A stretch of 14,744 nucleotides of DNA, taken from NCBI GenBank assembly GCA_046757025.1, contig JBHHXN010000131.1:1-14744 (forward strand), written 5' to 3'. The DNA comes from a bacterium. Lineage in GTDB: Bacteria > Zhuqueibacterota > Zhuqueibacteria > Oceanimicrobiales > Oceanimicrobiaceae. This document shows, in pieces, positions 1 to 6,989 of the stretch. The number at the start of each line of letters is the position of its first letter. Positions within the stretch are counted from its first letter, which is position 1. A program made the position numbers and the translations under genes. The notes under the pieces are model-generated. The model was not told where the DNA came from and made no database searches. It saw only the letters and a list, made by a program, of their open reading frames with translations.

Positions 1-116
1 TCAGCTTGACCTTATTTGTTTTTGTTTAAATTATCTAAGTGCGAAACTTGAGTAATTTAATAAAAAAATGATTGCTGCTTTGCATCGATCTGCCAATCTT
101 TTCATCAATTAAATGA

Positions 117-144
117 TTGAAATTGACTAAAATTGTGTTAAATT
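117..144 (+). promoter_or_regulatory. Putative sigma70-type promoter for the cytochrome gene
   Basis: TTGAAA (117-122), 16-nt spacer, TG at 136-137, TAAATT (139-144). The region is very AT-rich, so chance matches are likely. Confidence 0.3.
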
Positions 145-202
145 TATCCAAATCAGGCAATGTTTTTTTACATTCCTATTAATGAAAATGGAAGGTTCGT
201 AA

Positions 203-1117
203 ATGTCTATTTCACTATTAGTTGTTTTGATAAATGTTTTACTCACCGCCATTCAAGTCCCGGATGCCCCCACTTACTCAGACATTAAAGCCATTTTTGA
301 AAACAACTGCCTCTACTGTCATAATGGTGAAACTGCCCCTAAAAAACTGCGATTGACCAGTTACGAATACATCCTGAAAGGCAGTGAAAATGGGGCGGTG
401 GTTGTGGCTGGCAATCCGCAAAAAAGTGAATTGATCAAACGCGTCACCGGTGAGAGCCAACCGCGCATGCCGCTGTATGGACCGCCCTGGTTGACGGAGG
501 AAGAAATTACCTTGCTGAAAAAATGGATTGCGGCCGGGGCGACGGATTCGAAGCCGGCCCAAAAACCGCGTTCCGGGGTTGCGCAAGAGCGTGCTGGGAA
601 AAAGCAGCAATCAAGGTACTTGAATTTCGGGGATGTGAAGAACATTTTTAAATTGCGCTGCGCCAAATGTCATATGGAGCGTGGTTTGAAAGGCACCCCA
701 CCCGAGGGTCTGGTTTTGAGCAGTTACCAGGCAATTCTACTGGGTGGGGAACGAGTCGCAGTGGTACCCGGCAAGCCAGCCGCCAGTGAATTGCTGCGGC
801 GAATTCGCGGACAAGCCCGGCCACAAATGCCGTTTGACGGACCGCCTTTTCTCAGCGAGGGAGAAATTGAACTTATCGAAAAATGGATCGAACAGGGTGC
901 ACGCGACTTGAATGGCAAGCCCGCGGAAATTCCGGCCGGAGCGCGCGTCCGGCTGCATGGACGTTTAAATAAACAATGGGAATTGGACGGATTAAATCTG
1001 GTAATGACCCAGGGAGTACGTTTAAAAAAGGCCCCTCGAGTTGGAGATTATGTGGAGGTGCGAGGACGGTTGGACGCGGACGGAAATGTGATTGTTGAAC
1101 GCCTCCGGCGACGGTAG
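203..1117 (+). CDS. Exported di-haem c-type cytochrome: two Planctomycete cytochrome C (PSCyt1-like) domains plus a C-terminal DUF5666-like beta domain
   Basis: Hydrophobic N-terminus (signal or anchor). Two CxxCH motifs, CLYCH (308-322) and CAKCH (659-673). Each is followed by the family pattern L.L.SY..IL.G...VV.G.P..SEL..R..G...P.MP..GPP.L...EI..I..WI..GA. The tail VGDYVEVRGRLDADGNVIVERL resembles DUF5666. GGAAGG lies upstream. Confidence 0.85.
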   Translation: MSISLLVVLINVLLTAIQVPDAPTYSDIKAIFENNCLYCHNGETAPKKLRLTSYEYILKGSENGAVVVAGNPQKSELIKRVTGESQPRMPLYGPPWLTEEEITLLKKWIAAGATDSKPAQKPRSGVAQERAGKKQQSRYLNFGDVKNIFKLRCAKCHMERGLKGTPPEGLVLSSYQAILLGGERVAVVPGKPAASELLRRIRGQARPQMPFDGPPFLSEGEIELIEKWIEQGARDLNGKPAEIPAGARVRLHGRLNKQWELDGLNLVMTQGVRLKKAPRVGDYVEVRGRLDADGNVIVERLRRR

Positions 1118-1184
1118 TTGAATGATTTTGAAAAAACTCAAACCTAAAATATATTCAATTCAAATTACACTTAATGCTAATTCT

Positions 1185-3299
1185 ATGCAAAACTCGTTAG
1201 ATGCCATATTTAGACCGAAATCCGTGGCGGTAATTGGCGCTTCCACCCACAAAGGCGCATTAGGCCGGGAAATCTTCGATAAGCTGTTACAAAGCGAATT
1301 TAATGGCCCGGTTTACCCGGTCAACCCGCAGGCGCGTTATATCCATTCCGTTCGGGCGTATCCGCGTATAAGCGAAATCAAAGAACCCGTGGACCTGGCA
1401 GTGATCGTTGTACCAAAAGAATTTGTTTTAGATGTGGTCAAGGAATGCGCAGAATACGGTGTAAAAGGCTTGGTCGTCATCACGGCCGGCTTCAAAGAAA
1501 CCGGCGAAAAAGGAGCAAAGTTGGAGCGAAGTATTGTGGACATCATCAAATCAAACCACATACGTATGATCGGGCCTAACTGCATGGGCATTATCAACAC
1601 GGATGCGCAAATTCGCTTGGATACTACGTTTGCCTCCACCGTACCCATTGCCGGCAACATCGGCATGGTTTCGCAAAGCGGAGCGCTGGGACAAACCATT
1701 CTGGAGCACGCCCGGGAGCTCAATTTGGGAGTGTCAATGTTTGTCTCCATCGGCAATAAAGCCGACGTGTCGGGTAACGATTTGCTGGAATACTGGCGGG
1801 ACGATCCTTCCATAGAAGTTATTTTAATGTACCTGGAAAGTTTTGGGAATCCGCAAAAGTTCATCAAATTAGCGCGGGAAGTCAGTCGAAAAAAGCCCAT
1901 CATCGTGGTGAAATCTGGCCGTACCAAATCGGGGGCAAAAGCCGCATCATCGCACACCGGCGCGCTGGCGGGCGCGGATCGCACGTTTGATACTCTGTTT
2001 AATCAGTGCGGCGTCATTCGAGCAGATACCATCAACCAGATGTTCGACCTGGCCATGGGCATGGCGAATTTACCGCTGCCAAAGGGTAACCGCGTGGCCA
2101 TCATCACCAACGCCGGAGGGCCGGGAATCATGGCGGCGGATGCCTGTGAGAGCGCGGGTCTGGAAGTGGTAGAATTTGAAGAAAAGACCCGCACCAAATT
2201 GAAAGAGTCGCTTTCTGTGGATGCCAGCGTCAACAATCCGGTGGACTTGCTGGCGGGCGGCGGGCCGGAGGAATTCCAGTTTGCGCTTAACGAAGTGCTG
2301 CAGGACCAAAACGTCGATTCCGCTATCGTGATATTTGTGGCGCCCATCATCACCGATCCAGTGCAGGTGGCTCAAAAAATTTCGCAAGTGGCACAGCAGT
2401 TTGAAAAGCCCGTGCTCGGTTGCTTCATGGGAGTAAAAGGTGTGGCCACGGGCGTGGAGGAACTGCATCGAAACTGCATTCCGGCTTACCCTTTTCCCGA
2501 ATCCGCTGCACACACGCTGGCGGCCATGTACCGTTACAGCAGCTGGCTGAAAAAGGATTTCGGCTCCGTTAAAACCTTTTCGGTTGAAAAACAAAAAGTA
2601 GAAACTATCATCCAAAACGCTCAAGAGGCGCATCGCGAATTTCTCCTTTTTGAAGAAGTTGAGCAAATACTAACATATTACGGCATTCCTTGTATTCAAA
2701 CAAAAACCTGCCGCAGCTTGAAGGAGATTTTACAGGCGGCACAGACTCTGAGATTTCCCCTTGCTTTAAAGGTGTCTTCAAGTGAGGTCATTCACAAATC
2801 AGAGGTGGGCGGTGTTCAGCTGAACCTGCAGAGCGAGGCGGAGCTGGAGCTGGCTTATCTCAAAATGGCTGAAAAATTAAAAGCGAAAAGAGTCCCACCA
2901 CAAAACACCTCATTCGTGGTTCAGGAAATGTTGGCCGACGGCAAAGAGATCATCATGGGTTTGCATTCCATTCCCGAGTTTGGTACGTTTGTCATGTTTG
3001 GTTTAGGCGGGATTTATGTAGAGATCCTGCAGGATGTGGTGTTTCGGATCGTGCCAGTCACCGATACCGATGTGCACGAGATGATTTATGAAATCAAAGG
3101 TCTGGCGATTTTAAAAGGTGTCCGGGGCGAGCCGCCCGTGGATTTAGAAATTGTGAAAGAGGTCCTGCTGCGACTATCGCAAATGGCGCAGGATTTCCCA
3201 CAGATCATCGAACTGGACATCAATCCATTTCTGCTTTTTCCCCAACGGCAAAAATGTCAGGGCGTGGATGCTCGTCTGCGGATAGCACCGGCCACCTGA
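1185..3299 (+). CDS. ADP-forming acyl-CoA synthetase / acetate--CoA ligase family protein, fused alpha+beta (NDP-forming acyl-CoA synthetase superfamily)
   Basis: CoA-binding domain LDAIFRPKSVAVIGAS, GPNCMG, SQSGA, VSIGNKAD; phospho-His motif ASSHTGALAG; TNAGGPG, NNPVD; ATP-grasp HKSEVGGV, MFGLGGIYVE, ELDINP. No GNAT domain. ATG 1185 is preferred to 1122 because family similarity begins there. Confidence 0.9.
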   Translation: MQNSLDAIFRPKSVAVIGASTHKGALGREIFDKLLQSEFNGPVYPVNPQARYIHSVRAYPRISEIKEPVDLAVIVVPKEFVLDVVKECAEYGVKGLVVITAGFKETGEKGAKLERSIVDIIKSNHIRMIGPNCMGIINTDAQIRLDTTFASTVPIAGNIGMVSQSGALGQTILEHARELNLGVSMFVSIGNKADVSGNDLLEYWRDDPSIEVILMYLESFGNPQKFIKLAREVSRKKPIIVVKSGRTKSGAKAASSHTGALAGADRTFDTLFNQCGVIRADTINQMFDLAMGMANLPLPKGNRVAIITNAGGPGIMAADACESAGLEVVEFEEKTRTKLKESLSVDASVNNPVDLLAGGGPEEFQFALNEVLQDQNVDSAIVIFVAPIITDPVQVAQKISQVAQQFEKPVLGCFMGVKGVATGVEELHRNCIPAYPFPESAAHTLAAMYRYSSWLKKDFGSVKTFSVEKQKVETIIQNAQEAHREFLLFEEVEQILTYYGIPCIQTKTCRSLKEILQAAQTLRFPLALKVSSSEVIHKSEVGGVQLNLQSEAELELAYLKMAEKLKAKRVPPQNTSFVVQEMLADGKEIIMGLHSIPEFGTFVMFGLGGIYVEILQDVVFRIVPVTDTDVHEMIYEIKGLAILKGVRGEPPVDLEIVKEVLLRLSQMAQDFPQIIELDINPFLLFPQRQKCQGVDARLRIAPAT

Positions 3300-3376
3300 A
3301 CATTGTCTAAATAAGGATATTAGTGGTTTGTCCAGGCGCCAAGAAATTCTGATTGGCACAAGCTATTTCAACAGAT

Positions 3377-3408
3377 AAAAAAAGCCGTCAGCAAACAGAC
3401 CGACGGCT
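3377..3408 (-). terminator. Intrinsic terminator for the minus-strand OmpA-like gene
   Basis: Minus strand reads AGCCGUCGG-ucuguuug-CUGACGGCU (9-bp stem with one G-U pair) followed by a U run, about 45 nt after the stop. Confidence 0.8.
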
Positions 3409-3453
3409 CAGGAGGAAGAAGAGAACGCAGCAAAACAAATTTGTTTAATACCC

Positions 3454-4407
3454 TTAAAGTGGCGGGGTCGTGATGATAATTCTGTTCGGAGCGATGCCCA
3501 ATTCTACCAGATACTTTTTGATGGAAACCGCACGCGAGTAAATCAGTGCTTTGATGTTGGGATCGCATGCCGATTCAATTTTGGAGCCTAAAAGTTCAAT
3601 TTTTTCATCGGGATTGGCAATTAGATAGCGATAAATTTTCATCAGATGCCATTTTGAATCCGCTGTAATTTCGGCGCTGTTGTGCTCAAAAGCAATGCTC
3701 CTTTTAAACAATTCTAAAGTGTTGCCGCTGGCCGGATTCGTTCGTCTTACTTCCTCGATGACGATACGATTTGCATGCCGGCCTCGAAATGCTGATCCGG
3801 ATTCCTCATGCTTTGGCTTTTGATCGAAATAATAAACCAAGCTCACAAAACCTTGCGCAAAGCCGTCCTTTTTGCCACGCGCGATGCCGTCTAATTCGTC
3901 GACGGAAGTATTTAAGTAGTACCCCATCGTGTTGAACGCCCAGTTGGCTCCGTTGAAAAGTTCAAAACCCAGTCCAAATTGCAAAGCCCCGTTCCAGCCT
4001 TTGATAGGCCGACCGTTGAAATCCATCAACTGTCTGCCGTTGCCGTCCCGGGTTGAATAATGAAACGCCGATAGCCCCAGCGAAACAAAAGGTCGATACG
4101 GACTTTTCGGAAATAAGAACAAGGAACCAGAAAAAAGGGCGTTGAAAATATGGGTATCGAATGCATTCACCGCGCTGGACAATTTACCGTAATTGGCGTT
4201 TACAGAAACCGCAAAGTTGGGATGCAATTTGTATCTGAAAATGACTCCGCTGGCCAGGGACGCACGGATGTTGGTGACGTCGCCATACAATCTGGAACCG
4301 CCCACTAGCAAACCGATCCCGAACTTTTGCGCAGCAGATTGTGCATGCAACTCTGTCGATTGGAACATGATTATCGCCAAAAGCATGCCGTAAAATATTG
4401 ATTTCAT
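3454..4407 (-). CDS. Outer-membrane beta-barrel protein with a degenerate C-terminal OmpA-like domain
   Basis: Signal peptide ending LHA|Q. Alternating amphipathic strands (FGIGLLVG, FRYKL, PFVSLGL, LQFGLGFE, FVSLVYYF) and a DELDG..GKKD loop. C-terminus IAFEHNSAEI...YLIANPDEKIELLG...N......SRAVSIKKYLVELGIAPNRI matches the OmpA_C pattern. Confidence 0.75.
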   Translation of the reverse strand: MKSIFYGMLLAIIMFQSTELHAQSAAQKFGIGLLVGGSRLYGDVTNIRASLASGVIFRYKLHPNFAVSVNANYGKLSSAVNAFDTHIFNALFSGSLFLFPKSPYRPFVSLGLSAFHYSTRDGNGRQLMDFNGRPIKGWNGALQFGLGFELFNGANWAFNTMGYYLNTSVDELDGIARGKKDGFAQGFVSLVYYFDQKPKHEESGSAFRGRHANRIVIEEVRRTNPASGNTLELFKRSIAFEHNSAEITADSKWHLMKIYRYLIANPDEKIELLGSKIESACDPNIKALIYSRAVSIKKYLVELGIAPNRIIITTPPL

Positions 4408-4479
4408 TTTCTAAACAACCAGAGCTGAATCCTCATCGCGTACAGTTTTGTTATCGTCAACTGCCAGAAAATATCAAGC

Positions 4480-4520
4480 AAAAAAAATATTGACATCATT
4501 GTAAAATTATGTTACATTTG
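4480..4520 (+). promoter_or_regulatory. Strong housekeeping promoter upstream of the STAS gene
   Basis: A-tract 4480-4487, perfect TTGACA (4490-4495), 17-nt spacer, extended -10 TG (4510-4511) plus TACATT (4513-4518). RBS AGGAGG at 4561-4566, 7 nt before the ATG. Confidence 0.75.
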
Positions 4521-4573
4521 CACTACATTTCACCCATTTAGAATTTCATCCCAATGTCTCAGGAGGGTTTACT

Positions 4574-4912
4574 ATGCAAATAAAAGAACAGATGCATGGC
4601 GAAGTAGCGGTATTAGCGTTGAAAGGGAAACTCATGGGTGGGCCGGAAACCACCGCCATTCATGACAAGGTCAAAGAGCTGGTCGGGAACAGCGTTACGA
4701 AAATCGTCATCGATTTAGGAAAAGTGAAGTGGATGAACAGCTCGGGGCTGGGTGCGCTCATGGGCTCCATGACCACCACAAAAAATGCGGGAGGTGAACT
4801 AAAATTAGCTAATGTTACAGAAAAAGTAAAAAGCCTTTTTATGATCACCAAACTGATTACGATTTTTGAAACATTTGAAGGTGTGGACAAAGCGGTAAAA
4901 AGCTTCAGTTAG
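4574..4912 (+). CDS. STAS-domain anti-sigma factor antagonist (SpoIIAA/RsbV-like)
   Basis: 112 aa. VLALKGKL, IVIDLGKVKWMNSSGLGAL (phospho-Ser motif), GGELKLANV...VKSLFMITKL..IF. Strong RBS. Confidence 0.93.
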   Translation: MQIKEQMHGEVAVLALKGKLMGGPETTAIHDKVKELVGNSVTKIVIDLGKVKWMNSSGLGALMGSMTTTKNAGGELKLANVTEKVKSLFMITKLITIFETFEGVDKAVKSFS

Positions 4913-4986
4913 ACGCATTGCCGCCGCGTTCAAGCTGATAGTAGATTTTAATTGACCACCACGAATCATTCAAGGAAAGGTGGCGT

Positions 4987-6921
4987 ATGTTATCTGTTGT
5001 GAAAAAGTATCCTGTCTGCTTATTGTTCATTTTTTCACTCGTCACGACATCCTTTACGCAAACGGCTTCTCTCGAGCGAGATTATCAACCCATCGTTATT
5101 CAGGGCAGCAGTGTGCCCGATTTTGAGGGGGTGTCAGTTGCTGAGCTGTTTTTGTTTTGCTTCAACGACACCGAACAAAAATGGCAGATGATCCCGTTTC
5201 AAATCGATGAAAAGGGAATGCAGGATAGCACGCTCAGTTATTTTTTTGAAGACGACGGACTGTTTGACGCCGACGATGAATTGGTTTTCCTGGCGCGGGA
5301 TGCCTGGCAACAGTCCGACACCTGGATCGATGACGCTAATTCCAAAACCCGAAAGCGCTATGAAATCGAACTCACCAATCCGACCAATCAAAATAAAGCG
5401 TGGGTGTATTTGTACCAGTCCAACACATTGAGTCTGGATGACAACTTAACCGATTACGTGGAATACGTACCGCCGGGCGCAGCGGGTCAGGGGGACGATG
5501 GGGTCAAATCTAAATATTATCATCTTTTTAACGGAGAAAACGGTTTTCCAGACGATCTTTTGATTACGCACACCGGTGGTGGAGACAGCACCCATGTGCT
5601 CGATCGGCTGAAGATTCGGGCTTCGGCTTCTCTTCTAATAACTTTAACTTTAAACGAAAACGATTTTATGTTTCGCTCAGATCGGTCTGACTCGGTTCGT
5701 TTTAAAGATGGACTGGTTCGGGTCATTCGTGAAAACCGAGTTACACTTTTTAAAAGTATTTTCGGCTTAACAATAGAAGAAACTTTTATACCCAAATTTA
5801 TTTATTATCCATATTCATCTTCGGTTATTTTTGAAATCCCTGAAATAGCTACGGGCATTTCTATTTCATCGGGGCGCTTGTCTTTAGATTTGGAGGCGAG
5901 CGTAGCAGACAAAAACACCAAAATCGTCAGCGCCAACAATCCCGAACCCGGCTTCGATGTGGACGGGGCGCCGGAAGGCGAAGCGTTCGCGGATTCGGTG
6001 GACAATCTCCTGCCCGACAACAACTGGGTGTTTATCGGCGGCACTTTCGGAACGCTGGTGCATCTGTTCCCCCTGGATAAAAATATAGGAAACGAGCGCA
6101 AGCTGTATTATGCCGATACCATGTCCAATGTCGGCGACGATACAGGCGATAAAGAGTCTTATGGCGATACCGGTATCCTGGTTTCGGGCGGCATTGAGCC
6201 GCCGGCAATTTTAAGCTACACTGGCTACTATCTGGGCAGCGACAAAACCAGCGCTGTTGCCAGCAAAATTGCCGAATGGGAAAGAACGCCCATCGTGATG
6301 AGTGCATTCTCTCAAACAATTGACACGGTGCCGGTGCAGCTGGCTTTTTTCAAGGCGGATGTGGATAAAAATACCGTCCATTTACACTGGCAAACCGTTC
6401 AGGCAATCCATCACGCCGGCTTTGAAATCGAACGATCCCCTGCTGGGCAGAAAGCCTGGCTCAAAATTGCCTTCATCGCTGCCGCTGAATCGGCCGTATC
6501 CGATTATGAGTTTGTCGATAAAAATTTGCAGTTAGGAAGATACGATTATCGATTAAAGCAGATCGATTCCGATGGTCGTTTCGAATTTGCTGGAACCGTG
6601 ACCGCGTTTATCGGAGCGCCAGAATCGTATTTTCTTTCACAAAATTTCCCGAATCCTTTTAATCCCGAAACCACCATTCAGTACCAAATTCCCGGTACCA
6701 CCCAAAATAATTCTACGACTAATAAAATTTCGCTGATCATTTACAACCTGCTCGGCCAGGAAATTCGGACCTTAGTGGATGGAGAACACGATCCGGGTTT
6801 CTATTCGGTGACCTGGGATGCCAAAGACAACGCCGGTCGGGGGGTGGCTACGGGTGTGTACCTGTACCGGTTGCACTCAGGCAACTTTGTCAGCACAAAA
6901 AAATTAGTCTTAGTGAAGTAG
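4987..6921 (+). CDS. Secreted protein, paralog A: unrecognised N-terminal domain, PVQL-type Ig-like domain, and FlgD-Ig/T9SS type A C-terminal sorting domain
   Basis: Signal peptide (probably SFT|Q). TVPVQLAFF...GFEIERS...YRLKQIDSDG module. C-terminal LSQNFPNPFNPETTIQY...IYNLLGQEIRTLV...WDAKDNAG...GVYLYRL...KKLVLVK. Confidence 0.85.
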   Translation: MLSVVKKYPVCLLFIFSLVTTSFTQTASLERDYQPIVIQGSSVPDFEGVSVAELFLFCFNDTEQKWQMIPFQIDEKGMQDSTLSYFFEDDGLFDADDELVFLARDAWQQSDTWIDDANSKTRKRYEIELTNPTNQNKAWVYLYQSNTLSLDDNLTDYVEYVPPGAAGQGDDGVKSKYYHLFNGENGFPDDLLITHTGGGDSTHVLDRLKIRASASLLITLTLNENDFMFRSDRSDSVRFKDGLVRVIRENRVTLFKSIFGLTIEETFIPKFIYYPYSSSVIFEIPEIATGISISSGRLSLDLEASVADKNTKIVSANNPEPGFDVDGAPEGEAFADSVDNLLPDNNWVFIGGTFGTLVHLFPLDKNIGNERKLYYADTMSNVGDDTGDKESYGDTGILVSGGIEPPAILSYTGYYLGSDKTSAVASKIAEWERTPIVMSAFSQTIDTVPVQLAFFKADVDKNTVHLHWQTVQAIHHAGFEIERSPAGQKAWLKIAFIAAAESAVSDYEFVDKNLQLGRYDYRLKQIDSDGRFEFAGTVTAFIGAPESYFLSQNFPNPFNPETTIQYQIPGTTQNNSTTNKISLIIYNLLGQEIRTLVDGEHDPGFYSVTWDAKDNAGRGVATGVYLYRLHSGNFVSTKKLVLVK

Positions 6922-6989
6922 TCGAGCTGTACGTCTAACATTAGCAGCTCCCAGATGATGTATTTTTATGTGAAAAGGAGGGAGGAGCT

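Noticed and set aside
99..150. FNR- or Rex-like operator upstream of the cytochrome gene
   Set aside because: Only half-site matches (ATCAA, TTGTG) with wrong spacing or many mismatches, in very AT-rich DNA.
1122..1184. Upstream start for the acyl-CoA synthetase
   Set aside because: AT-rich with no family similarity. The conserved LDAIFRPKS begins just after Met 1185.
1337..2666. Long antisense ORFs (215, 116 and 198 aa)
   Set aside because: Shadows of a well-conserved gene with no recognisable motifs.
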